Part shown: piece by piece, positions 15,175-27,664 of the stretch
How positions within the stretch are numbered: position 1 is the first letter of the stretch
Layout of the letters: each line of letters starts with the position of its first letter
Assembly (NCBI GenBank): GCA_002269645.1
Contig: NIVC01004171.1
Span: 1-56,926, forward strand
Length of the DNA stretch: 56,926 bases
Reading direction: 5' to 3'
Origin: Macrostomum lignano
Lineage: Eukaryota
The notes under the pieces: model-generated
Databases searched by the model: none
What the model was told of the DNA's origin: nothing
Seen by the model: the letters and a program-made list of their open reading frames with translations, nothing else
Translations under genes and position numbers: made by a program

Positions 15175-18072
15175 ATGGTGTCGGAGGCAAGCGAGGCCGC
15201 CAGCGACGCTAGCAGTGCCACCGGAGCCAAGGCGTCTCGCTCCTCCAGGCTCATTGAAGATTTTCTCGCTCGCGAAGAGCGCAGAGGAAGCTGGTACTAC
15301 CGGCTGAGAATGATTGTCATTCTAGCTCTGCCGCTCACCCTGGCCATCGGATTTGCCGGCTCGGAGATCTACTTTGCTGCTCAATCTCTGATTCGCGGCA
15401 TTAGCATTGACGAATACTTGAGCTCGAAGAATCAGCTCGATGGCCTCAGCTATGCCCTCATGCAGGAGGGGATTTTGACGACAGTTACTTCTGTCAGTCC
15501 AAACAACGTTAAATCCCGCTTTGAGCTGTCGGCTAGCCGTGAACTGGTTGATGTGGGGGCAGAGACTCATCTGCCAAACTGGGCTCAGCAACTGTTGGCG
15601 AATGCGTCCGGCACGTGGCGTCGCAATGGTTTCGTTCCTGAGCTGCCGGTTGCAAACGAGACCATCATTAGGACTAACGCTGATGCCTGGGCCAGAGATA
15701 TCCATCGAATATTCAGCATCGGCTCAGATTTCTCATACCGACTGGCCAGCCCATCAAATCTGTACGTGTCCGAGCGGGAAATGTGGGCCGGCATGCACGC
15801 TGACAGAGTTCTGGTGTTGTACGCTGACTACATCGCCATCACCGCGGGCTTGGGATACGCCTACTTCACGGAATGCGCGAGTCGCTGGCCTCACTGGGCC
15901 TGGTTCGTCCGCCTAACCGGAGGCATCGCCGACCTTCGAGTGAACAGCGGCCGAGCCCTTCCCAAGGCCAGCAAGTTTTTTGCCAAGGAGCTGAACACCA
16001 GCGCAGCCAACGGCAAGGCCGCACTGTGGCTAAGCATGTCAGATGAAATCGCGCGTCAGTCGCTTGACCGATGCGTCAACGCCACCGTGTTGGAGAGGCG
16101 CAACCTGGCTGAACTGTGGCTGTACCTCAGCCAAGACCACTGGGCGAATGTGCGAGAATATCATAATCAGCTAGACAACCTGCTGAACGGCAGAATTAAA
16201 GCGGCTAATCGCGACTCAACCTCCTACACAATTGGATTCGGATTCCTGGTGCTGGCCCTGATGCTCCTCTGCCTCGGAATCGGGTATTGGTACAGCCACA
16301 AGATTGCGGAGACCGTTGAGAGCATCATAGATCTAGCCAGGCTGATTGTGACCAAGAAAGCGGAAACAGCTGAGGAAAAGGTGATTTTCATAAATATAAA
16401 TATAGCATTCAGGCAAGCAAGAGAAGTACTGTTGCAAGTAAAGCAGAGTTTAATCATCTTGCTCTTGAACTGTAGTAATGTACACATTTTGCTGTGATAG
16501 GGTAGCGAAACTCCAGTCTCAGCACTGTACAAGTTGTACTCAGCGCTCGAATGCGCCACGCAGTGGCTGTCCCTGATATATATATTATATATCTTTTGCA
16601 ATTCCTTCGATTTACTTTTCTAGAGACGAGCTGACGCAATCATCTACAACATTCTACCTGCCGAAGTGGTCTGGGATCTCAAGCGAGGCATTGTCCCAGA
16701 GGCCAGTCGCTTCGAGATGAGCACCGTCTTCTTTAGCGGGGTAGAAAATTTCGAAGATCTGGTGAAGAAAAGTCGACCTATTGAAGTATTTCAGATGTTG
16801 AACACCATTTACAGGTAGGTCTAAAAGAAGCTCATTCCGACTGCAAGTTTGACAAGTTGTCCCGCAATCTGCAGTGCGTGAGCATGAATTTTAAACCTCA
16901 CGAAAAAGACAGGCGCGTTGTACGGGCTGTCTCAAGCCTCAATTCCATCTCATCTCTCCTCGTTCCCCTGCCCATGCAGTGCCTTCGACAGCCGCATTGA
17001 CAACTACGATGCGTACAAAGTCGAGACGATCTCCGACACCTACATGTTGGTCAGCGGTGCTCCCCGGCTGAACGGCAATCAGCACGCGCTGGAGGTGGCT
17101 CGGCTCAGTCTCGACCTGATGGCCACGTCGAAAAATTTGGTATTGAGCCACCTGCCGGAGGAGCAAATCCATCTGCAGATTGGATTTCACTCGGGTAACG
17201 GGCTTCTCTGAGACACAACAGACTCTAGTGTGCACAAAATGGCTTGGAAAATCCTACAGGCCATTAAATTGTGAATTTCAGGGCCATTAGTGACTGGCAT
17301 GATTGGCAGCAAGAGTCCGCGATATTGTCTGTTCGGTGACACGGTGAACACGGCCTCGCGGATGAAGTCTCACGGTGAAGGTGAGTTGTTGCTAGACAAT
17401 ACTGGCGCAGAAGCAGCAGAGAAAGGTTAGCTAGGAAGCCCACAAAATTGAAATGGTTATTTTGATCTATTTACTCTTAGTGGATATCGGTTTGAATTGA
17501 TAGTTCGCTGCCACCATATTCTTAACATTCAACTTTCCCTAGTAGTTCTCTGCAGGCTTGAATTCCGAGGCCTGACTCCTCCTTGCAACCTATAATATAC
17601 CTCATTTCTAAGCTTATTCTTACCTTCAATTTTCTAGGCTAGCTTTGGAAAGGAAGCTTAACCTGTGTAAGAAAATGAGTAAACTATGAATAAACCTGCT
17701 CTTGACTTAGAAAATTCCGCAGAGCCCTAACTAGACTAACTACAGACGTTTCCGGATCGGAAACTACTAACAGTAGTGTAAAAGCAAATTGCATTATGCG
17801 CTAAACTATGCCCTACAATAAAAAAACAAATTTCAGCTTTCCGCATCCACATGAGCGAGCCGTCGGCCCTGCTACTTGAGGAATGCGGGGGCTTTAAAAT
17901 CAAAGCTCGAGGCGAGATCGAAGTGAAGGTAACGGTGAAAATCCTTTGCTTCTTGCCTCCCTGTTCTTGCGAAAGAAACTCAACTGAAAACTTTCAGGGC
18001 AAAGGGCCAATGCGGACCTACTGGCTGATTGGCGAGGCGTCCCACAGCAAAACTGCCCGGTTTGAAGACTGA
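15175..18072 (+). CDS. Two-TM NIT-domain-like receptor guanylate cyclase, 625 aa; exons 15175-16380, 16624-16814, 16980-17194, 17282-17380, 17837-17928, 17998-18072
   Basis: All introns are GT-AG and phase-compatible. Two hydrophobic segments flank a ~280-aa helical ectodomain, followed by a coiled-coil helix ([11 protein letters not shown]) and a class III cyclase domain ([36 protein letters not shown]). E and C specify GTP. The NIT assignment rests on architecture only. Confidence 0.9.
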
Positions 18073-18768
18073 CGGCTTGAGAAGCGATATTTACTAGCAC
18101 TGCTCTGATAGCGTAGAGTTAGTAAAAGTTATAATAGCGCTTGTGCACTTTAACTGCAGGACAATCACCTACTTAGCACAGAAAAGTAGAACTGCACAAA
18201 CTCAATGGATCTGCTAAAATCGACGCACCGCTTTTGTGCAATGGCACACAGCTTGATTAATTGGATTAAACTATAACGCAGGTACGGACTTACAAACTTG
18301 GCAAAATATAGTGCATGCAAGATGAAACTGGAACAAATGTAGAAGCTAACGTGTAGAAGAGGAACTGTGTACTTTACTCATTAGAAATCAGGTGCGCCTG
18401 AGCTGCTCAGCTTTCATTTATTGCACCGTAACGAATGAGGGTAGCATTTGAAGCTTTGTTAGCCGCGTGCAAAACATTTCGGTTGCAGTAATTAACGAAT
18501 AGAAGACAGCAGCTTAGTGCATGACGACGAACCGTTTCTGAACTTTCTTTGACGCAAACTGGTCACTGCGCGATGCAGTGAATACGAAAACATATTTGTC
18601 TAGCACTCCGTCCGGATGTTTAAGCAGTCCTTGGCATGAATGCAACTGATTTATCTTTGATAAAAGTAGTATATTAAGGACATTAGCCAGTGTTGCAAAA
18701 TAGCTTAATTTAGAATAACTCGCAAATGCTGTATCCAACGCAAAATTATCGGCCCTGTTGAAATTTGA

Positions 18769-18813
18769 GACGGACAGACAGACACTAAGACAGACAGATA
18801 GACAGACAGACAC

Positions 18814-18876
<63 letters not shown>

Positions 18877-19069
18877 TACAGACAGACAGACATACAGACA
18901 GACAGACAGACAGACAGACATACAGACAGACATACAGACAGACATACAGACAGACATACAGACAGACATACAGACATACAGACAGACAGACACTAAGACA
19001 GACAGACACTAAGACACTAAGACAGACAGACAGACAGACACTAAGACAGACAGACAGACAGACAGACAT

Positions 19070-19132
<63 letters not shown>

Positions 19133-19269
19133 TACAGACAGACAGACAGACAGACAGACAGAAACTAAGACAGACAGACAGACACTAAGACACTAAGACA
19201 GACAGACACTAAGACACTAAGACAGACAGACAGACAGACACTAAGACAGACAGACAAACAGACAGACAT

Positions 19270-19300
<31 letters not shown>

Positions 19301-19303
19301 GGC

Positions 19304-19344
<41 letters not shown>

Positions 19345-19350
19345 CTAAGA
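18769..19350. repeat. (GACA)n microsatellite with CTAA/CATA variants
   Basis: Direct reading. Confidence 0.97.
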
Positions 19351-19833
19351 CGGACCAGAAGGTCAGGATGCTTCATTAAATTAAATCCAGTTTTACTCCC
19401 TATTGTGCCTAGGGAAAAATATCCCCAAAGCAGGCAGCTGAGAATTTATTAATCCCAAACTCCAAAGTGCCCTGATATTGCCCAGCTTGCTGTCCGAGCA
19501 GATTTACTTTGATACGCCTTAAAGCTCAGCGTCTCTACTCAACTTGATTTGCTGGCTCACCGAATAGAGCTCTCACAGCGCCTACACAGCAACGGAAACT
19601 CTTCAAGGCGCCCAAAAAGTTTGCGGATTACTCTTTCAGTGGATTGATTGATCGGCGTGGGATGAATTTCTGATTGGATGTTGGATTCCTTGATAAAAAT
19701 TTTGAGCGGAGGAAAATGTTTTGATAAAGAATAAATTTGATTGGTCGGCAAGATTCCTTTAAAAGATTTCAAACAAATATTGGCTGAAATTTGTTCCCGA
19801 AGTCATTCGGTGAGTCCTTGGCTTGCCGTGGCC

Positions 19834-20943
19834 ATGTCTTCCTTCTACGAGCGGGTCAAGGCCGTGTACGGCGGCATCCTGGTCTTCGGCCTGTTCGGCA
19901 ACGCGGCCGTCGTGCTGACCGCCGCCAAGCAGAATACGGCGCACAAAGCCGTGAACATCTACCTGGGCCACCTGGCCGTGGCTGACATTCTTCATCTGTT
20001 GTCAATTCTGCCGCTGATGCACCTGGCCTCTGTGCAGAGCTGGGTCTGGGGCGAGGCAGCCTGCAAGGCTTACTACATGATCAATTACCTGAACTGGACC
20101 GCCAGCATCTTCATCATCACCGCCATGGGATTTGACCGATTCGTAGCCGTGGTGCTGCCCGGCCAGTCGCAGCGCCTGCGCAGCCGCCGCTTCGCTTGGG
20201 GGCTCCTGCTGTGCCTGTGGTCGCTGAGCGGCCTGCTGGTCAGCCCCATCGGCGTCTCCAGCAGCGTCACCACCTGGGGCGAGGGCGAAAATGCCACCTA
20301 CAGCTGCGGCCACATCCTGTTTGATAGCTTCGACGCTTCGAACGGATCCTCGATTGGCGAAGACCCGAATCCCGACGCCTGGTTCACGCGGCAGATAAAG
20401 GGCATTGTGCAGAACGAGTTCAGCTTTGCTATGTACAATCTTGTAGTTGGCTGCGCAGTGCCACTCACTCTGCTCACGGCTTTCTATGGATTAATAATTC
20501 ACAAGGTGCGGCGTCAGGCCACGGCAACCATCGCCGGAATCCACCAGGCTCAGCAGCGGCTCAGCCGGGTGAGCAAAATGGTGATTGCCGTCATCGTGTC
20601 CTACATTGTCTGCTCCGTGCCGCACTGGATTCACGTCAACCTCGGCGTCAGGGGCTTCATCCCGATGGAATGTCTGGTGGCGTCCTCGCACATCACTACG
20701 ATTCTCGCTTACCTGAACAGCGCCTTCAATCCCGTTCTGTACGCCTGCTTCAACAGGCCGTTCTGCAGAAGTCTCAAACGTCTGCTGCCGGCTGGTTTTG
20801 TCCGACGCTCGCTTGAACGGCTCGGCTGTCTGCAGCGGCCGGCCAATCCGAGTGCTGCCAGAGAGCAGAATCCCATGCTCAGCCAGGTGACGTCACTGGG
20901 TCGCCGACGCACTCCCACTATGGAGCTTGAGAGTCGCGTTTAG
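19834..20943 (+). CDS. Intronless class A peptide GPCR, somatostatin/opioid/allatostatin-C-like
   Basis: Seven hydrophobic segments; GN in TM1, LAVAD in TM2, WVWG..CK in ECL1/TM3, DRF, and NPVLY in TM7. The first in-frame ATG is at 19834 (GCCATG); the ORF-track start at 19741 is a TTG. The N-terminus is very short, so an upstream exon may be missing. Confidence 0.9.
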   Translation: MSSFYERVKAVYGGILVFGLFGNAAVVLTAAKQNTAHKAVNIYLGHLAVADILHLLSILPLMHLASVQSWVWGEAACKAYYMINYLNWTASIFIITAMGFDRFVAVVLPGQSQRLRSRRFAWGLLLCLWSLSGLLVSPIGVSSSVTTWGEGENATYSCGHILFDSFDASNGSSIGEDPNPDAWFTRQIKGIVQNEFSFAMYNLVVGCAVPLTLLTAFYGLIIHKVRRQATATIAGIHQAQQRLSRVSKMVIAVIVSYIVCSVPHWIHVNLGVRGFIPMECLVASSHITTILAYLNSAFNPVLYACFNRPFCRSLKRLLPAGFVRRSLERLGCLQRPANPSAAREQNPMLSQVTSLGRRRTPTMELESRV

Positions 20944-21194
20944 GGTGTATTGACACTGACAATACTGAACAGAGTGAAATTGCTGACTTTATTGTTTTAT
21001 TGTCCACGTCGTGTACTAATATGGTAATACGACATCGACTACAAGTTAAGCAAGTATAATAATAGTAATGACTTTAATAAACGCATTACTATAGAGATGT
21101 GTAACTATTGCCAGGTGACAGATTCTGCCTCTTTTGATAGGTATGTAGCCGTAGTCTGTGGCTGGCTCTCCAGCCACCCCTTTCGTAGTTGGAG

Positions 21195-23730
21195 CCCTCT
21201 GTAGTAGCTGACTACCTCTCTGTAGTAGCTGACGCTCTCTCTGTAGCAGCTGACGCCCTCTCTGTAGCTGATGCCATCTCTGTAGTAGCTGACTCCCTCT
21301 CTGTAGTAGCTGACTCCCTCTCTGTAGTAACTGACGCCCTCTCTGTAGTAGCTGACGCCCTCTCTGTAGTAGCTGACGCCCTCTCTGTAGTAACTGACGC
21401 CCTCACTGTAGTAACTGACGCCCTCTCTGTAGTAACTGACGCCCTCTCTGTAGTAGCTGACGCCCTCTCTGTAGCTGATGCCCTCTCTGTAGCTGGTGCC
21501 GTCTCTGTAGCTGATGCCATCTCTGTAGCTGATGCCATCTCTGTGGCTGACGCCCTCTCTGTAGCTGACGCCATCTCTGTAGCTGACCTCCTCTCTGTAG
21601 TAGCTAACGCTCTCTCTGTAGCAGCTGACGCCCTCTCTGTAGCTGATGCCATCTCTGTAGTAGCTGACTCCCTCTCTGTAGTAGCTGACTCCCTCTCTGT
21701 AGTAACTGACGCCCTCTCTGTAGTAGCTGACGCCCTCTCTGTAGTAACTGACGCCCTCTCTGTAGTAACTGACGCCCTCACTGTAGTAACTGACGCCCTC
21801 TCTGTAGTAACTGACGCCCTCTCTGTAGTAGCTGACGCCCTCTCTGTAGCTGATGCCCTCTCTGTAGCTGGTGCCGTCTCTGTAGCTGATGCCATCTCTG
21901 TAGCTGATGCCATCTCTGTGGCTGACGCCCTCTCTGTAGCTGACGCCATCTCTGTAGCTGACCTCCTCTCTGTAGTAGCTGACGCTCTCTCTGTAGCAGC
22001 TGACGCCCTCTCTGTAGCTGATGCCATCTCTGTAGTAGCTGACTCCCTCTCTGTAGTAGCTGACTCCCTCTCTGTAGTAACTGACGCCCTCTCTGTAGTA
22101 GCTGACGCCCTCTCTGTAGTAGCTGACGCCCTCTCTGTAGTAACTGACGCCCTCACTGTAGTAACTGACGCCCTCTCTGTAGTAACTGACGCCCTCTCTG
22201 TAGTAGCTGACGCCCTCTCTGTAGCTGATGCCCTCTCTGTAGCTGGTGCCGTCTCTGTAGCTGATGCCATCTCTGTAGCTGATGCCATCTCTGTGGCTGA
22301 CGCCCTCTCTGTAGCTGACGCCATCTCTGTAGCTGACCTCCTCTCTGTAGTAGCTGACGCTCTCTCTGTAGCAGCTGACGCCCTCTCTGTAGCTGATGCC
22401 ATCTCTGTAGTAGCTGACTCCCTCTCTGTAGTAGCTGACTCCCTCTCTGTAGTAACTGACGCCCTCTCTGTAGTAGCTGACGCCCTCTCTGTAGTAGCTG
22501 ACGCCCTCTCTGTAGTAACTGACGCCCTCACTGTAGTAACTGACGCCCTCTCTGTAGTAACTGACGCCCTCTCTGTAGTAGCTGACGCCCTCTCTGTAGC
22601 TGATGCCCTCTCTGTAGCTGGTGCCGTCTCTGTAGCTGATGCCATCTCTGTAGCTGATGCCATCTCTGTGGCTGACGCCCTCTCTGTAGCTGACGCCATC
22701 TCTGTAGCTGACCTCCTCTCTGTAGTAGCTAACGCTCTCTCTGTAGCAGCTGACGCCCTCTCTGTAGCTGATGCCATCTCTGTAGTAGCTGACTCCCTCT
22801 CTGTAGTAGCTGACTCCCTCTCTGTAGTAACTGACGCCCTCTCTGTAGTAGCTGACGCCCTCTCTGTAGTAACTGACGCCCTCTCTGTAGTAACTGACGC
22901 CCTCACTGTAGTAACTGACGCCCTCTCTGTAGTAACTGACGCCCTCTCTGTAGTAGCTGACGCCCTCTCTGTAGCTGATGCCCTCTCTGTAGCTGGTGCC
23001 GTCTCTGTAGCTGATGCCATCTCTGTAGCTGATGCCATCTCTGTGGCTGACGCCCTCTCTGTAGCTGACGCCATCTCTGTAGCTGACCTCCTCTCTGTAG
23101 TAGCTGACGCTCTCTCTGTAGCAGCTGACGCCCTCTCTGTAGCTGATGCCATCTCTGTAGTAGCTGACTCCCTCTCTGTAGTAGCTGACTCCCTCTCTGT
23201 AGTAACTGACGCCCTCTCTGTAGTAGCTGACGCCCTCTCTGTAGTAGCTGACGCCCTCTCTGTAGTAACTGACTCCCTCTCTGTAGTAACTGACGCCCTC
23301 TCTGTAGTAGCTGACGCCCTCTCTGTAGTAGCTGACGCCCTCTCTGTAGTAACTGACGCCCTCACTGTAGTAACTGACGCCCTCTCTGTAGTAACTGACG
23401 CCCTCTCTGTAGTAGCTGACGCCCTCTCTGTAGCTGATGCCCTCTCTGTAGCTGGTGCCGTCTCTGTAGCTGATGCCATCTCTGTAGCTGATGCCATCTC
23501 TGTGGCTGACGCCCTCTCTGTAGCTGACGCCATCTCTGTAGCTGACGCCCTCTCTGTAGTAGCTGACGCTCTCTCTGTAGCAGCTGACGCCCTCTCTGTA
23601 GCTGATGCCATCTCTGTAGTAGCTGACGCCCTCTCTGTAGTAGCTGACGCCCTCTCTGTAGTAGCTGACGCCCTCTCTGTAGTAGCTGACGCCCTCTCTA
23701 TAGTAGCTTCCGCTCTCTCTGTAGCAGCTG
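21195..23730. repeat. Minisatellite of 18- and 21-bp units (CTCTCTGTAG[TA]GCTGACGCC) in a 375-bp higher-order repeat
   Basis: The marker GACCTCC recurs at 21585, 21960, 22335, 22710 and 23085 (period 375). Confidence 0.95.
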
Positions 23731-24183
23731 AGGAGTCTCAGAGTGAGCGACAAGCAAATGAGGTTGCAGGATCAAAGTTAAACTGATCCAAGCGCATCCA
23801 ATCTTCTTCATTCTTAACTCAATTTCCAACTGATCCAGGACTGTTTCTATTCCACCCATCTGCCCTGATTAACCCGATTTCAACAGGTACCGGTGTAGCT
23901 GGGCAGCATGAGTAGGATTACATCGGATTTAACCGATGATTTCCGACATTTCATTTGAACTCCAGCTTAAAGTCCTTCTGCATTATTAATGGAATACAAA
24001 ATCAGCTTAGTAAAGTGCCGTCTAGACAGGGTCACGCAGCTTGTGGAGCTTTTTAGTGTATATCAACTTTCCCTTATAGCACTGTATTGACAAAATTAGC
24101 AATGTTAATATCGTTAAAGGGCATGAACTATTGCAGATAGTTAGCTAATGCAGAAAGGGCACCAGCCACAGAGATGGCATCAG

Positions 24184-25158
24184 CCGCCCTCTGTAGCTGG
24201 CGCCCCCCACTGTAGGCTGGTGCCCCCTCTGTAGCTGGCGCCGCCCTCTGTAGCTGGCGCCCCCCACTGTAGGCTGGTGCCCCCTCTGTAGCTGGCGCCC
24301 CCACTGTAGCTGGCGCCCCCCTCTGCAGCTTGCGCCCCCTCTGTAGCTGGCACCCCGCTCTGTAGCAGGCGCCGCCCTCTGTAGCTGGCGCCCCCTCTGT
24401 AGCAGGCGCCGCCCACTGTAGCTGGCGCCCCCTCTGTAGCTGGCGCCCCCCTCTGTAGCAGGCGCCGCCCTCTGTAGCTGGCGCCCCCTTCTGCAGCTGA
24501 CGCCCCCTTCTGTAGCTGGTGCCCCCTCTGTAGCTGGCGCCCCCTCTGTAGCTGGCGCCCCCCACTGTAGCTGGCGACCCCCTCTGTAGCTGGCGCCCCC
24601 TCTGTAGCTGGCGCCCCCCTCTGTAGCTGGCGCCCCCTCTGTAGCTGGCGACCCCCTCTGTAGCTGACGCCCCCTCTGTAGCTGGCGCCCCCCTCTGTAG
24701 CTGGCGCCCCCTTCTGTAGCTGACGCCCCCTTCTGTAGCTGGTGCCCCCTCTGTAGCTGGCGCCCCCTCTGTAGCTGGCGACCCCCACTGTAGCTGGCGA
24801 CCCCCTCTGTAGCTGGCGCCCCCTCTGTAGCTGGCGCCCCCCTCTGTACCTGCGCCCCCCTCTGTAGCTGGCGCCCCCTCTGTAGCTGGCGACCCCCTCT
24901 GTAGCTGACACCCCCTCTGTAGCTGGCGCCCCCTCTGTAGCTGGCGCCCCCCTCTGTAGCTGGCGCCCCCTCTGTAGCTGGCGCCCCCCTCTGTAGCTGG
25001 CGCCCCCTCTGTAGCTGGCGACCCCCTCTGTAGCTGGCGCCCCCCTCTGTAGCTGGCGCCGCCCTCTGTAGCTGGCGCCCCCTCTGTAGCTGGCGACCCC
25101 CTCTGTAGCTGGTGCCCCCCTCTGTAGCTGGCGCCCCCCCTCTGTAGCTGGCGCCTCC
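24184..25158. repeat. 18-20-bp GC-rich minisatellite (CTCTGTAGCTGGCGCCCC), related to the 21-23.7 kb array
   Basis: Shares the CTCTGTAGCTG core; C-run length varies between units. Confidence 0.93.
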
Positions 25159-25869
25159 TCTCAAGCTTCTTACTTTTGCTGCTTAATTTGAGTTGAATTT
25201 AGCGAAAAATTCACAGGTTGAGCTGTAATTACAGTTAAAGCATTTTCTCTTATAGTTTAATTTAAAGAATTAAAACAGCATGCATGGCCTTCGGGCACTC
25301 TATTCCCATGGGAAGCAAATTCAATCAGAGCATGGAGAGTAAATTTAAAAAGCAAACTGATTGAATCCCGTATGCAGGTTTAAATTGCTTGATTATCAGT
25401 TCGAATCATTTCATTTCCTCCTTCGAGCTCGTGTCTGTCCCAGCTTCATCATTTTTGTCACGATTTCATCTCCGAGTTCCTCACAGATTTGAGCCGCAGG
25501 GTCTGCATTTGACTGAACCTTCGAGCTGCATGAAAGTCAATTTAAAAAACTGACTTTTTAATCTGTTTTGAACAGATGGGCCGCAGTTCTTCCGTTACTG
25601 TTAGAAAAGAACCGGACAAGGACCAAACGACAATGTCTGCATATAATTGAGAAAAATACACAAAAACGACCAAAATGTCAACTGGAGTTTTCTATCTCGT
25701 CGAACTCTGGCTGGATTTGAAGTGGACACGTCAATTAGTGACCAGCCAGACACAAAGAGACACATTGAGACAATTGGCGAGCAAGGCGAGCAACGCGCGG
25801 GAGGCGCACGGCAAAAAAGTGACCTCCAAACCCAAAGCGAGCAAGCGAACAAAAGCAGAAGGCTGGGAG

Positions 25870-26400
25870 TTAAAACAAAGCGGAGACACCACCGGCAAAA
25901 GTCACAGCAGCCTCCGCTGCCTGGTGAAACTGGGGGAGATTACGCTGCACAGCCTCACTTCTCCAGTCACCAATGCGCATGATATCAGACACTGGGAGGC
26001 CTAGCACAGACGCCCAGGTAGCTCCTCCTCGTCGCAGACTGTGCGCGGAGTAAGATCCTGGTCGAACGCCGGCTGCGGCAAACTTGTCACGGAGGAAGCA
26101 GTCAAGGTGCCTCCCAGTCAGCAGGCGCAAGCCGCCACTTCCGTCGGCGTAGGACCAGAGCGGTGACTCTGCTGACTTCAATCCGTTGGCGCGGATGTGT
26201 CGCTCGACTGCGTTCACCGGGCACAGGGCTCGCTGCCGCGCCAATATCGGCAGCAGTACCAGGTGGCTGCGCTCCTTAAACTGGATGGTCTTGCCGAACT
26301 CGCAGCGCAACACCAGACCCTTCGGATGCTGCAGCAGGTCGGCGCGCCGGGAAAGGGCGTCTTTTCGTTTTGCTCTTTTCGTCTCGAGTTGTCTGTCAAA
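25870..26400 (-). pseudogene. Truncated tyrosine recombinase of a DIRS/Ngaro-type retrotransposon
   Basis: GKTIQF, LCPVNA, HSLRRGGATWA and GDWRSEAVQR motifs. The expected catalytic Tyr is Asn (AAT). The N-terminal part and RT/RNaseH are absent. Confidence 0.85.
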
Positions 26401-27664
26401 ATCTATTGAATATTGCACTGCTCAGTTGGCAGCCAGATCGATTGCTGGATCTGTGCGGCGCAACTTGATCCAAGCTTAATAAAACTAGCATCAATCTTTC
26501 CAGTTCAGATAAACTGACCTTTGCCTACGAGGAGTTCTGAAATAAAATTATAGCTAGTAAATGCACAGCGCAGTTTTTAGAAGAAAAATCCGGCTTAAAA
26601 TCCGTTAAATTTTCATTCTCCAAAATGCCTTCGTAGTTTATATGGCGTATCCAACATGTTCAAGTTTCCAACCGCTTCCACCAGTGATCAAATCGGGCTG
26701 GTAAAGAGAGGCTGGAGAGTCATGGGCAGAGTTGGCCTAAAGCTGCCACTTGTTGCCAAAAAGCTGCCAAATGAAGACTCCTTATGCTACTTACTAAGTA
26801 GCATATAGCGTCCTGTTTAAACTATACTAAGGCTACTGTCGCAAAGTCGTTTGTGCTTCAATCGGACATTCAGGTTAAGTGGCGGAACGGTAAAGCAACT
26901 TTTAACTCGTACGTCACAGTTCCCTGGTTCAATTCGTACTTTTGGGCTCGTTGCAGTTTACTGAATGTTGACCTTGGGAGGGCTTGTGCAAATATAGTCT
27001 CCACGCTGACTGGCCCTGGAACAGCAGATTCAGTGTGATGTACCCGCGCGCTCTTTAATGTCTATGGCGTTAACCCACCCTAGACACAGACTTTGACGCT
27101 TTGACTGAGTTGCTGTTACTGACACAAATAAACTTCCCTCGACAAAGCCTGCGGCTTGAGCACAACGTTAGCCTGTAGCTCATGCGTAACTCAGTAATAT
27201 GGGTGAGCAGACCCTTGCAGACTCAGTGCTACTCTTCTAAGATACTTCATTTTTTATGCTAAACATTGCCTTTAATGATAGGTTCGAACGCAGCTGAGAC
27301 CTGAGTGGCATCATTGGCATCCCATGCAGGCTTCCCAACGAGCTCAAATGCACTCGGTAAATAACCGCTGATTGAGCTCAATTTTCACCATCCCCGTCTG
27401 CCGCTTCTGCGGACTCCCAAGAGGATTTCCTGACCCGTCTAATTCAGGTCAATTTTTTCTTAAACTCTGCACGGAAGCAGCTCGGCGGGGACTCAAGTAA
27501 GATGCTCAAAATTGTCCCTCGTCTCCAATTCGCCTCATCCACTTGCAGTATCCGCCCCGCCTCGACCCTAGGGTTGAATGATTTACAGCTTTCGAACAGT
27601 CCAGTTAAGTGAAAGCTTAAACCAGACTCTATCGCTGTGTAGCCGAAGGGGGTTGTAGCCAAAG

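Noticed and set aside
19741-19833. N-terminal extension of the GPCR in the ORF track
   Set aside because: It starts at TTG, which is not a normal eukaryotic initiator; ATG 19834 is preferred.
21105-23786. 800-880-aa repetitive ORFs in three frames (YREGVS / VADALS / ATERAS)
   Set aside because: All units are multiples of 3 and lack stops, so open frames are expected on both strands; no promoter, splice or domain support.
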